Source: Bacteroidota bacterium
Lineage (GTDB): Bacteria; Bacteroidota; Bacteroidia; J057; JADKCL01
DNA: 64,000 nt
Assembly: GCA_031424495.1 (NCBI GenBank)
Contig: JANPHP010000270.1
Span: forward strand, 10,929-74,928
Reading direction: 5' to 3'
A program made the translations under genes and the position numbers. Below, piece after piece: positions 19,329 through 29,146 of this stretch (positions within the stretch are counted from its first letter, which is position 1; each line of letters starts with the position of its first letter). The notes under the pieces are model-generated. The model ran no database searches and was not told the DNA's origin. It saw nothing but the letters and a program-made list of their open reading frames with translations.

Positions 19329-20516
19329 ATGTTTACGAGAGTAGAGGTTAAGAATTTCAGGTCGTTGCGGGACGTGAGCGTGCCCCTGAGCAATTTTCAT
19401 GTGCTGGTGGGTGGGAATGGTAGCGGGAAGACTACGTTTTTGGATGTGTTTGCGTTTATGGGAGATATTTTGAATGAGGGGGTCGATGAGGCGGTCAAAG
19501 CGTGGGGAAGTCTCAAAGAGCTTACATTTTGTGGATTAGGTGAAGAAATTGAATTTGCATTTGAAGCGATAATCCCAGAAAGCATCCAAGAGAAATTTCA
19601 TGGCGATTTCGACTCCATTCGTTATGAAATTTCCATTTTCGGTAATGAAGTTCGTATTCCTTGTGTTAAAAATGAGCATTGTTTTCTCTTTCATTCGAAA
19701 CATGGTACGACCGAAGGCAAAAAACAGTTTGTGATTGAGCGTTTGGATCGCAGTTCCACAATCATGTCTGCTGAAATCAGCGATGATGATAAGATCAATA
19801 GAGTTCTTCAATTTGGACTATGGAATGATACACTGGCTTTGACAAATTTACCCGAGGATGTCAATAAATTTCCATGCTCGATTTGGCTCAAAAACCAATT
19901 CAAAAAATTCATCCAACCCATCCAAATAGAAAGCGATGCGATCAATAAAGCAGGAAAAGAAGGTCGCCTTGGAACAGTAAGTGCTGATGGCTCCAATTTG
20001 CCTTGGCTGATTGCTTCGCTCAAAAAGACCTATCCCGACCGCTACAAATTATGGTTCAGGCATATACATAGTGATTTTTCTGAAATCAAATCGATCAAGA
20101 CAGTGCTGCGCGAAGACCAAGACGATATGTTCCTCAAAATCAAATACAAAGAGGGCCATGAAGTCAAACAATGGATGGTTTCCGATGGTACATTGCGTTA
20201 CCTATTGTTGACGATCATCCCTTATTTGTTGAATTTGGAAGGATTATTTCTGATCGAAGAGCCAGAAATTGGATTGCATCCACGGGCCATACAGTCAGTC
20301 ATGGATTCTCTGCGCAGTGTCTATAGCGGGCAGGTTTTGGTGACGACACATTCACCTGAAACGGTGAATTGTGCAACAAAAAAAGAGCTGCTCATTTTTT
20401 CAAAAAATGAAGCGGGGGAAACGCAAATCGTTCCTGCAACGGAGCATCCCTACTTTAAGGATTGGAAACTTGATCTAGGCTCTGGCGCATTCTATGGTCC
20501 GGGAGTCATGAAGTAG
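19329..20516 (+). CDS. AAA_21/OLD-type ABC ATPase (MAD3-like)
   Basis: Walker A GGNGSGKT, signature VSDGT, Walker B IEEPE..LHP, H-loop TTHSP. Confidence 0.85.
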   Translation: MFTRVEVKNFRSLRDVSVPLSNFHVLVGGNGSGKTTFLDVFAFMGDILNEGVDEAVKAWGSLKELTFCGLGEEIEFAFEAIIPESIQEKFHGDFDSIRYEISIFGNEVRIPCVKNEHCFLFHSKHGTTEGKKQFVIERLDRSSTIMSAEISDDDKINRVLQFGLWNDTLALTNLPEDVNKFPCSIWLKNQFKKFIQPIQIESDAINKAGKEGRLGTVSADGSNLPWLIASLKKTYPDRYKLWFRHIHSDFSEIKSIKTVLREDQDDMFLKIKYKEGHEVKQWMVSDGTLRYLLLTIIPYLLNLEGLFLIEEPEIGLHPRAIQSVMDSLRSVYSGQVLVTTHSPETVNCATKKELLIFSKNEAGETQIVPATEHPYFKDWKLDLGSGAFYGPGVMK

Positions 20517-20525
20517 TTTCCCAAA

Positions 20526-21152
20526 ATGAAAAAGGATCTCATCATTCTTGCTGCCGATTCAACTGCTCGTATCATGCTCGAACAGTTGATTGTTCGGTTT
20601 CCAAATGCTTTAGGAGTGAGGCCATTTTCTTGCGAAATATTGGTTCATCCCAAGCGTGATCCTGGCTGCTACAATTTCGGGGTAGATGATTTGACCGAAT
20701 ATGAAAAGCATTTTAAGCATTGCATCCTCATTTTCGACCATGAGGGCTGCGGTTTTGAACACAAAACTCCTTTGGAAATTGAGGCGGAATTGGAAAGGCA
20801 ACTGACAATCAGAGGATGGTCTAATCGCAATGCAGTCATAGTCATCGAACCAGAATTGGAAAATTGGGTATGGACCAATTCCATTCACACAGCAACGGCA
20901 ATGGGATGGGAAGACCTCACCTCGCTGAACGAATGGCTGGTCGAGCGAAGATGGTTGCAGCCTGATGCTGCGAAACCTAGGCGCCCCAAAGAAGCTATGC
21001 AAGCTGCTGTAAAGCAGAAGCTAAGAACTCAGATCGCATCCTCCACCTTCGCCACCATCGCCCAAAAAGCCTCCTTCAAATCCTGCACATCCCCCTCATT
21101 CCTCAAATTCAAGTCCACCATCACCACTTGGTTTCAAACGCAAAATCCATGA
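20526..21152 (+). CDS. TOPRIM/RloB-like partner protein (MAD4-like)
   Basis: KDLIILAAD, HP.RDPGC, IFDHEGCG, PELENWVW, KP.RPKEA, C..PSF....L..WF resemble the MAD4 family as I recall it. Confidence 0.65.
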   Translation: MKKDLIILAADSTARIMLEQLIVRFPNALGVRPFSCEILVHPKRDPGCYNFGVDDLTEYEKHFKHCILIFDHEGCGFEHKTPLEIEAELERQLTIRGWSNRNAVIVIEPELENWVWTNSIHTATAMGWEDLTSLNEWLVERRWLQPDAAKPRRPKEAMQAAVKQKLRTQIASSTFATIAQKASFKSCTSPSFLKFKSTITTWFQTQNP

Positions 21153-21502
21153 GTCTGCAAGAAGAATTTCATGCTTACCGCACTAAGATGAATGCCCGCA
21201 TTTTGGGCAGCGACTCCAAGGTCTTCAAGCGCCTGTGGAGCCTCGACACCCTTACCTACCAAGACCAAGGCGCGCTCGACAAAAAGACCAAGGAACTCAT
21301 GGGCCTCTGCGTGTCGCTCGCGATGCGCTGCGACAGTTGTGTGAAATACCATATCGAGGAGGCCCTGCAAGCAGGCGCCTCTGAAGCCGAAATCATCGAG
21401 ACCTTCGAAATCGCCACCGTGATCGGCGGCAGCATCGTGATCCCTGAGCTGCGCCGCGCATTTGACTACCTCGACGAGCTCATCGGCAACCGGGCAAACT
21501 GA
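21149..21502 (+). CDS. Carboxymuconolactone decarboxylase / AhpD-like protein
   Basis: GALDKKTKELM, RCDSCVKYH; ATG overlaps the upstream TGA. Confidence 0.88.
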   Translation: MSLQEEFHAYRTKMNARILGSDSKVFKRLWSLDTLTYQDQGALDKKTKELMGLCVSLAMRCDSCVKYHIEEALQAGASEAEIIETFEIATVIGGSIVIPELRRAFDYLDELIGNRAN

Positions 21503-21552
21503 AATCCCCCCAAAATACCTAACTTGAGGTCTTGAATCTAAGGTAGGTAAGG

Positions 21553-23925
21553 ATGAAACAACGCTACGCACTCACGCTTTTGCTATTGCTGACGGTGTAC
21601 TTGGGCCACGCCCAAAACATCGTCAATGAGCTTTTCAACGCTGGCATCCCCGGCACATGGACGGTCGTGAATGGCGGCGGAGCGGTCGATACCTGGTTTG
21701 GCACGACCAATGGCCTCGCTGGCAATACACTCAACGGCTCCCAGTTTGCATTCGTGAACAGCGATGCCGCTGGCAACGCCCCCCACCCCATCCTGAGCGA
21801 GCAGCTGATCACGCCGACCTTCAACGGCACCACTTACACACAGATTTTGCTCGAATTTGACCAATACTATCGCGTCTACTCCACGGACCGCGGTTATGTC
21901 GAGGTCTGGAATGGCTCGTCTTGGATCATTTTGCTCACGCTCAGCGCCAATACCGGCGCCTGGAATGCTCCTAATCACCAGACAATCAACCTCACACCTT
22001 ACAGCAATGCGGCGATGAAGGTGCGTTTTCGCTATGAAGACAATACCGTCTGGGCTTGGTGGTGGGCCGTGGACAATGTGCGCATCTATTCGCCCCCGAC
22101 CAATGAGGCTCAAATCACGGGCGTGACCCTGCCCAGCAAGCAGTGTGGACTCTCTGCGACCGAGTCCATCACCCTCGCTGGCCGCAACAACGGCACCAAT
22201 ACCATCACCTCGCTGCCCCTGCGCTACCGCATCAACGGCGGCGCGATCGTTTCTGAAACGATGACCACTGCCGTCGCGCCCAATGCGACCTTCAACTACA
22301 CATTTACGACGCCCGCAAACATGTCGACGGCGGGCGTGTACAACGTGGATGTATGGGCGAGTCTGCCCAACGATGCCATCCCCGCCAACGACAGCATTTT
22401 GGGCACGAGCACCAAAAACCATATCGTGATCGGTGCCTTCCCTTATGTCGAGGACTTTGAGACCAGCCAAGGCGGCTGGTTTGTCACAGGCACCGCCCCG
22501 AGCTGGGCTTGGGGCACGCCAGCAAAGACCACGATCCAAGGGGCCGCATCGGGCACCAAAGCCTGGGTCACCGGTGGCTTGGGCACGACGCGGTACGCAG
22601 ACAATGAAAACAACCACGTCGAGGGCCCCTGCCTCGACTTTACCAACACGGGCGCTCCCTGGGTGGGCCTCAATACTTGGTGGAATGCCGAATTTAGCTG
22701 GGATGGGGCCAATCTACAGACGAGTATCGACAGCGGCCTGACCTGGGTGAATGTCGGACAGCTCGGCGACCCTGACAACTGGTACACCGACGATGCCATC
22801 GACGGCAATCCCGGCGGATCACCCGAGGGCTGGTCGGGCCGAGCAGCCACCACTAATGGCAGCGCAGGCTGGCGTCGCTCAGTGCACAGCCTCGCCTACT
22901 TGGCAGGCGAGGAGGATGTGATCGTGCGCATCAACTTTGCGAGCGATGCATCGGTTGTTGATGACGGCTTCGCCTTTGACAACTTCAATGTCGCCCGGCA
23001 GCCTAGCATGTACCTCGGCCCCGATGTGCAGGCTTGCGACAGCGCCATTTTGGATGCAGGATTCGCCGCTTCTTGGATTTGGAGCACAGGCGACTCCACG
23101 CAAACCGATACCATTTACCAGACGGGCAACTATACCGCAACCGTGCGCGACAGCTTTGGATTTCCGGCAACAGACGTGATCCAGGTGACGATCGAGGGGC
23201 CACGCAATTGGGATTTGGGCAATGATAGTTCGCTCTGCAATACCACCCAGTTTGTGCTCACAGCAGGCTCCATCGGTCAGGATTTCCTCTGGTCCACAGG
23301 CGATACCACGCAGCAACTCACAGCTACGAGCTCGGGTTTGTACACCGTGACGGCGACCAGTGCCATCGGCTGCGCACGTGCAGACAGCATCAACCTTTCA
23401 TTCTCTGACTTACGGGCGAATATCGATATGCTGGCTACACCCATCTGCCGAGGCATGCCTTTCACATTTTATGATTTTAGTGGCGGCAACCCGACGAGTT
23501 GGTATTGGGATTTTGGCAATGGGAATCTGAGCACCAACCAGAATCCGACGACCGTGTACACTGCGGGCGGCACGTTCAACCTGAGCCTGCGTGTGAGCGA
23601 CGGACTTTGTACCGACGATACGACGATGCTTGTGCTCGTAGAGATTTGCACAGGAAACGATGCAGTACTGGTGGATGGATTCAGCGCCTACCCTGTACCG
23701 ACTGGCGATCAATTGCAGCTTGCGGGACTTGATCGCCACGATGAGGCCTTGCAATTGCGCGTGATGGATATTGCAGGGCGCATGCTGATGGAAAACGAAA
23801 TTCCACAAGGTTCCAAGCCAGCGCAATTGCCGATCGATACACACTCACTTGCTGATGGCGTGTATTTTTTGGAGTTGCATGGAGACGGCATTCAATGGCA
23901 GCAAAAATTCATCGTGCGGCACTAA
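21553..23925 (+). CDS. T9SS type-A cargo protein (adhesin/MAM-like modules, PKD, CTD)
   Basis: Signal peptide ending AQ; PKD WYWDFGNG; CTD YPVP...GVYFL...KFIV. Confidence 0.85.
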   Translation: MKQRYALTLLLLLTVYLGHAQNIVNELFNAGIPGTWTVVNGGGAVDTWFGTTNGLAGNTLNGSQFAFVNSDAAGNAPHPILSEQLITPTFNGTTYTQILLEFDQYYRVYSTDRGYVEVWNGSSWIILLTLSANTGAWNAPNHQTINLTPYSNAAMKVRFRYEDNTVWAWWWAVDNVRIYSPPTNEAQITGVTLPSKQCGLSATESITLAGRNNGTNTITSLPLRYRINGGAIVSETMTTAVAPNATFNYTFTTPANMSTAGVYNVDVWASLPNDAIPANDSILGTSTKNHIVIGAFPYVEDFETSQGGWFVTGTAPSWAWGTPAKTTIQGAASGTKAWVTGGLGTTRYADNENNHVEGPCLDFTNTGAPWVGLNTWWNAEFSWDGANLQTSIDSGLTWVNVGQLGDPDNWYTDDAIDGNPGGSPEGWSGRAATTNGSAGWRRSVHSLAYLAGEEDVIVRINFASDASVVDDGFAFDNFNVARQPSMYLGPDVQACDSAILDAGFAASWIWSTGDSTQTDTIYQTGNYTATVRDSFGFPATDVIQVTIEGPRNWDLGNDSSLCNTTQFVLTAGSIGQDFLWSTGDTTQQLTATSSGLYTVTATSAIGCARADSINLSFSDLRANIDMLATPICRGMPFTFYDFSGGNPTSWYWDFGNGNLSTNQNPTTVYTAGGTFNLSLRVSDGLCTDDTTMLVLVEICTGNDAVLVDGFSAYPVPTGDQLQLAGLDRHDEALQLRVMDIAGRMLMENEIPQGSKPAQLPIDTHSLADGVYFLELHGDGIQWQQKFIVRH

Positions 23926-24011
23926 AATCGGATAAAAAGCAGGTGATTTCGGGATGAAAGATTAACTTGCAACCGATTAAGAATCTCCCACAATCCGCTA
24001 TCTATCAAAGT

Positions 24012-27000
24012 ATGAGAAATAAGATTACCACAAAAATGCTTCTTGCAACATGCGCACTTGCATGTTGGCTTTTGCTTCCTACACAATCTGTACTTGCACA
24101 GTATTGCCTACCGACCTACAACAATCCTTGCACCTCTGATGACTTCATCAACAACGTGAACTTTGCAGGCATAGTGAACAGTGGAACGGGCTGCAGCAAT
24201 CCAGGTGTAAGCAACTATACCAGCTACACGGGCTCCTTCACGGCCAATATTGTCATCAACGCGCCCTCCACGATCACCGTTGCTCCGGGTCCCACTTGGG
24301 GGCAGTATTTTGTGGCAATGATCGACTTCAACCACGACAATGACTTTGCCGATGCAGGTGAATTTTTTGACATCGGCTACTCGCTCGGCGGCGGTACTGT
24401 CACCAACACCATCACAGCTCCTTGCGGTGCCACGCTCGGCCTTACGAGGCTGCGCATCATGTGCCGCTACGCAAATACCCCGATCCTGCAAAGCGATATC
24501 TGCACCACAGGCCTTAGCTTTGGTGAGATTGAGGACTACAATGTGAACGTGAGTGCTGCTACAGGAATCGATGGCGCCATTACAAGATTTGTCTCTCCTG
24601 TCACGGCCTGCGGCCTCACCGCCAACGAAGTCGTGCGCGTGAAAATCAAAAACATCGGCGGAGCTGTCATCAACGGCTATACCGTATGCTACTCGGTCAA
24701 CAATGGCACCCCGATATGTGAGACTGTCGCGACCGTAATTCCTGCATGCGACTCCGCCACGCATACATTTGCGACTCCAGCCAACCTCTCTATGGCTGGC
24801 CAATATGACCTAGATGCGACGCTCACCGTCAGTGGTGATGCCAATACCGCCAACAACGCCATCACCAATTTCATGGTCGACAATATCCCTGTGATCGGCG
24901 CCCTCCCCTATGTCCAAAATTTTGATGTTACCAATGGCGGCTGGACTACAAGCGGCGTGAGTTCGTCATGGGCTTGGGGCGTGCCTGCGGGCACCATCAT
25001 TTCCCATAGCGCATCACCGACCAAGGCTTGGGTTACCAATCTCACTGGAGCCTACAATGATGACGAATTTTCTTACCTCACCTCGCCTTGTTTCAACATG
25101 AGCGCGCTCACCGCTGACCCTTACTTGTCGATGTCCCAGATAATCGACATCCAAAGCTTTAGCGACATTTCCTACCTTGAGATTACCACCAATGCAGGCG
25201 CAAGCTGGACCCGTCTCGGCACGGTCACCACTGGCAACAACTGGTACAACGCCTTCAATGACGGCTGGGAAGGCACGTCGAGTACGGCTGGCAACTGGCG
25301 CAGCGCCGACCACCAACTCACCGGAGCCGCAGGATCAGGCGGAGTGCGCGTGCGTTTTGTGATGAAAGCCGATGCATTTGGCTCGCAAGAAGGCATGGGC
25401 GTCGACGATCTGAGGATCAGTGACACCTTGAAAAATGCTGGCGCAGTCGCGCTTGTGGCACCAATCAACGGTTGCCAACTGAGCGCAACCAGCCCAGTCA
25501 CTGTTTCCATTAAAAACTGGGGATCTCATCCGATCTCCAACGTCCCTGTTTGCTATACCTTCAACGGTGGCCCAGCCGTATGCGCGACTGCCCCCGGCCC
25601 GATCGCTCCAGGGTCCACCTACACCTATACGTTTACGACTACTGTAAACATGGCCGCTCCCGGCAGTTACAACCTTGTCACCTACACCAACTGGTCTGCT
25701 GACTACACCCACCTGAACGATACGGTACGCGCTACGGTATCGAGCTTGCCTTTGGTGACGACATTCCCCTACAAGCAGACCTTTGAGTCGGGTCAAGGCG
25801 GATGGGCGAGCGGCGGCACGGCCTTCAATGACTGGGCTTATGGCACACCTGCCAAAACTACCATCGTCGGCGCAGCATCGGGAACCAAGGCTTGGGTGAC
25901 CGGAGGTCTGAGTTCGGGTCTTTACCAAGACAATGCCAACAACTGGGTCGAGAGCCCCTGTTTCGACCTGAGCACGCTGAGCAGCCCTTGGGTCACAGCG
26001 AAGGTTTGGTGGAATTCAGAATCTTCATGGGATGGAGCCGTGTTGGAATACACGACCAACGGCGGTGCATCTTGGATTGAAATTGGTGCATTTGGTGATC
26101 CATTCAACTGGTACACCGACAATACTGTAGACGGCTTGATCAACAATGGCGCCACTGGCAATGGCTGGACTGGTCGCGCGGTAACAGCAAATGGCTCTGG
26201 CGGATGGGTATTTGCCAAACACAATATTTCAGCACTCGCTGGCCAATCAAGCGCGCGGTTCAGGATGCACTTTGCCACTGACGGTAGCGTGACAGACGAT
26301 GGCTTCGCCTTTGACGACTTTGTCATTGCAGAAACACCAGCCGTGGCATTGGGCCCAGACGTGATAATTTGTGGAAACTACACGATCAACCCCGGCTTGA
26401 CGAACGGTACCTTTCTTTGGACGGGTGGTGCCACCACCCCCACGCTCACAGTGAATGCACCGGGCACCTATACACTGGAATACACCGATAGCTTGGGTTT
26501 GACGGGCATCGACACCATTGTTTTGAGCAGTTCACCGACCTTACCTGTGAGCTTGGGGAATGACCAAATCGTCTGTCACGGCGACAGCGCTTGCTTCACC
26601 GTCAATACCACCGACTACCCTGCATTGATTTGGAGCACCGGTGCTACCACGGGTCAAATCTGTGTGACCACCGGCGGCACTTGGAGTATCCAAGCCACAG
26701 ACGCCATCGGCTGTACCACGCGCGACTCGGTCACGACCACCGTCGTGGCCCTGCCTACCCCCAATATCGGTGCCGATACTACACTTTGCACAGGCGATAC
26801 CCTTTGCATAGGCAGCAACTGTGGCCCCAACCATACCTATATCTGGTCAAACGGATCCACCACCCAACAGATCTGCCTCACATCTGCTGGCCAATTTTGG
26901 ATGCGGTGCATCGATGCCAACGGTTGCAGCGGTGGCGACAGCATAGCGGTTACCGCAGCGGCTATGCCCGTAGCCATCGGCTCGGCAGACACAGCCAACT

Positions 27001-27467
27001 GCCCGATCGTGCAGTTTACCAGCAGCTCCACCGGAACCAGTGTCATGTGGCAATTTGGCGATGGCACTACTGCCACCACTGCAAACGTGAGCCACGACTA
27101 TACAGCAGCCGGCAACGGCAGCTATACCGTCACCCTCACGAGCTTGAACGATTGCGGCTCCAACTCGACAACATTTGTGGTGGATATCAACTGCCTCGTG
27201 AGCATCGGTAGCAGCCTCGACAACCAAGTGAAGGTATTTCCCAACCCGAACGACGGCAAATTCAAGTTGGAGACTACACTCATCGGCAGCGCTGATGTGA
27301 CAGTAACCATCGTGGACTTGGCAGGCAAGACAGTATTTGCCCGTAATTATGGTCAGGCAGCGGGCCGCTTCTCTGAGGCGATCGATCTGCAAGCCAGCAA
27401 AGGCGTCTATTTTGTCAAGTTTGATGCAGGTGGCCAAGTCACCGTCAAGAAACTCGTCATCCGCTAA
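24012..27467 (+). CDS. T9SS type-A cargo protein (GEVED, two MAM-like modules, PKD, CTD)
   Basis: IDFNHDNDF...GE, GEIEDY, WQFGDG, FPNPN...GVYFV...KKLVI. Confidence 0.88.
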   Translation: MRNKITTKMLLATCALACWLLLPTQSVLAQYCLPTYNNPCTSDDFINNVNFAGIVNSGTGCSNPGVSNYTSYTGSFTANIVINAPSTITVAPGPTWGQYFVAMIDFNHDNDFADAGEFFDIGYSLGGGTVTNTITAPCGATLGLTRLRIMCRYANTPILQSDICTTGLSFGEIEDYNVNVSAATGIDGAITRFVSPVTACGLTANEVVRVKIKNIGGAVINGYTVCYSVNNGTPICETVATVIPACDSATHTFATPANLSMAGQYDLDATLTVSGDANTANNAITNFMVDNIPVIGALPYVQNFDVTNGGWTTSGVSSSWAWGVPAGTIISHSASPTKAWVTNLTGAYNDDEFSYLTSPCFNMSALTADPYLSMSQIIDIQSFSDISYLEITTNAGASWTRLGTVTTGNNWYNAFNDGWEGTSSTAGNWRSADHQLTGAAGSGGVRVRFVMKADAFGSQEGMGVDDLRISDTLKNAGAVALVAPINGCQLSATSPVTVSIKNWGSHPISNVPVCYTFNGGPAVCATAPGPIAPGSTYTYTFTTTVNMAAPGSYNLVTYTNWSADYTHLNDTVRATVSSLPLVTTFPYKQTFESGQGGWASGGTAFNDWAYGTPAKTTIVGAASGTKAWVTGGLSSGLYQDNANNWVESPCFDLSTLSSPWVTAKVWWNSESSWDGAVLEYTTNGGASWIEIGAFGDPFNWYTDNTVDGLINNGATGNGWTGRAVTANGSGGWVFAKHNISALAGQSSARFRMHFATDGSVTDDGFAFDDFVIAETPAVALGPDVIICGNYTINPGLTNGTFLWTGGATTPTLTVNAPGTYTLEYTDSLGLTGIDTIVLSSSPTLPVSLGNDQIVCHGDSACFTVNTTDYPALIWSTGATTGQICVTTGGTWSIQATDAIGCTTRDSVTTTVVALPTPNIGADTTLCTGDTLCIGSNCGPNHTYIWSNGSTTQQICLTSAGQFWMRCIDANGCSGGDSIAVTAAAMPVAIGSADTANCPIVQFTSSSTGTSVMWQFGDGTTATTANVSHDYTAAGNGSYTVTLTSLNDCGSNSTTFVVDINCLVSIGSSLDNQVKVFPNPNDGKFKLETTLIGSADVTVTIVDLAGKTVFARNYGQAAGRFSEAIDLQASKGVYFVKFDAGGQVTVKKLVIR

Positions 27468-27485
27468 TCGCTAGCCGACTACTTG

Positions 27486-27527
27486 CAAGACCTCCCTGGC
27501 ATCGCGCTGGGGAGGTCTTGTTTTTTT
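27486..27527 (+). terminator. Rho-independent terminator
   Basis: CAAGACCTCCC...GGGAGGTCTTG followed by a T-run. Confidence 0.85.
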
Positions 27528-27561
27528 GCACCTATCGCTTACTTTACCCCCAAGCCCAGAA

Positions 27562-27784
27562 ATGTCATGTCGACCGAATCGAAGATGTAGCGGAGACATC
27601 TAGCGCCTATCGATACACTTCCAACTGTCTGCTATTGCTGATGAAGAGCGACAAATCGGAGTCTTCAAGTAGGAGGTGTATTTGTCGGCGCTAGATGTGC
27701 TCATGACCGCCTTTTTTCAAAGGTATTCGCGAGTGCTTCGCAATTCTCGGCGGCTCCGCCTCGGCGGATTGCTCGACATGACAT
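27562..27784. repeat. REPIN/MITE-like element with nested inverted repeats
   Basis: Terminal ATGTCATGTCGA/TCGACATGACAT; inner ACATCTAGCGCC (27596-27607) / GGCGCTAGATGT (27687-27698). Confidence 0.75.
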
Positions 27785-27895
27785 GATACCGACTTCATTC
27801 AGCCAAGTCCTGTTTTCTGAAATTCGTTTTCCTGATGGCAACGAGGCCTACTAGCAAACTTCCAGACTAGCATATTTTTTTCCTAAATTCGTAGC

Positions 27896-28357
27896 ATGAA
27901 GCATATCACAATGTTGTTGCTGCTGGCTGCCCTCGTTATGGTGAGCTGCAAGAAATTTGATCCTGAAAAGCAAGCGGAGTTGGATGAAACCATCATCACC
28001 GACTACATCACTGCCAATGGCCTGACCTCCAAGGCGGTGGCTACGGGTTCTGGCTTGTATTACGTGATCGATAGTTTGGGGACAGGCGTGTACCCGACGC
28101 TGGCTTCCACGGTGACGGTAGCCTACAAGGGCACGCTTACAGACGGCACGATCTTCGACAAAAGCACTGTAACAGGCGCGACCTTTCCGCTCTCGGGCGT
28201 GATCGAAGGCTGGCAAGAAGGCATTCCGAAATACAAAGAAGGCGGCAAGGGCAAATTGCTGATCCCATCGGCCCTCGGCTATGGCAATCAGCTAGTTGGC
28301 TCGATCCCGAAAAACTCCGTGCTCATCTTTGACGTCACCCTGATCGACGTGCAGTAA
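27896..28357 (+). CDS. FKBP-type peptidyl-prolyl isomerase (lipoprotein)
   Basis: Lipobox MVSC; YKG.L.DG..FD, VIEGW.EG, IPS.LGYG, IP.NS.L.FDV. Confidence 0.93.
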   Translation: MKHITMLLLLAALVMVSCKKFDPEKQAELDETIITDYITANGLTSKAVATGSGLYYVIDSLGTGVYPTLASTVTVAYKGTLTDGTIFDKSTVTGATFPLSGVIEGWQEGIPKYKEGGKGKLLIPSALGYGNQLVGSIPKNSVLIFDVTLIDVQ

Positions 28358-28414
28358 TCGTTGCTGCTGGCTAGTTTGCAGCTGCATGGAGGAGGACTTC
28401 ATGCCCCATTGTGC

Positions 28415-29146
28415 ATGAAAAAGATTCTCATTCCCCTCCCCGATCACGATTTTGACATCACAGAGGTGGCGGTGCCTTGGAAACGCTGGCATGATCAAGG
28501 CTATGACATCACATTTGCCACCGAGCAAGGGCTCGTAGGCGCTTGTGATCCTTTGCTCATCAAAGGGGTGATCTTTGGGCAATTGGGGGCGAATGCAGAA
28601 GCACTTCAGTGTTACCAAGAGATGCTGCAAAATCACGCATTCCAGCACCCGATACGCTATGCCGACATCCGCCCAGCCGACTATGACCTGTTGCACTTGC
28701 CCGGTGGGCATGCGCAGGGCATGAAACAATACCTCGAATCCAAGACACTGCAAAGCAAAGTCTTGGCGTTTTTTCAAGCGCAAAAGCTGGTAGGCAGCAT
28801 CTGCCACGGCCCCGTGGTGCTCGCGCGCACCATCGATCCCGCCACGGGCAAGAGCGTGATCCATGGGCGCAAGGTCGCAGCCCTCACCAAATTTCTGGAG
28901 CGCCTCGCTTATTACCTGACAGCCTGGAAACTCGGCAAATATTACCGCACCTATCCCGCCTACGTGCAGGACGAGGTCGCGGCAGCCATCGGCCAAGCCG
29001 GCCAATTTAAGCGCGGTCCACGGCAATTTCAGCCTTATGTCTGCGACGACGGCAATTTGGTGACTGCAAGATGGCCCAAAGACTCGTGGCTTTACGCGCA
29101 GCACCTCATTGACCGCCTCCAAAAAAACACTCAGCCAAGCGCATGA
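28415..29146 (+). CDS. DJ-1/PfpI (type 1 glutamine amidotransferase-like) protein
   Basis: TEVAVPW, LPGGH, ICHG, TARWP.D. Confidence 0.85.
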   Translation: MKKILIPLPDHDFDITEVAVPWKRWHDQGYDITFATEQGLVGACDPLLIKGVIFGQLGANAEALQCYQEMLQNHAFQHPIRYADIRPADYDLLHLPGGHAQGMKQYLESKTLQSKVLAFFQAQKLVGSICHGPVVLARTIDPATGKSVIHGRKVAALTKFLERLAYYLTAWKLGKYYRTYPAYVQDEVAAAIGQAGQFKRGPRQFQPYVCDDGNLVTARWPKDSWLYAQHLIDRLQKNTQPSA

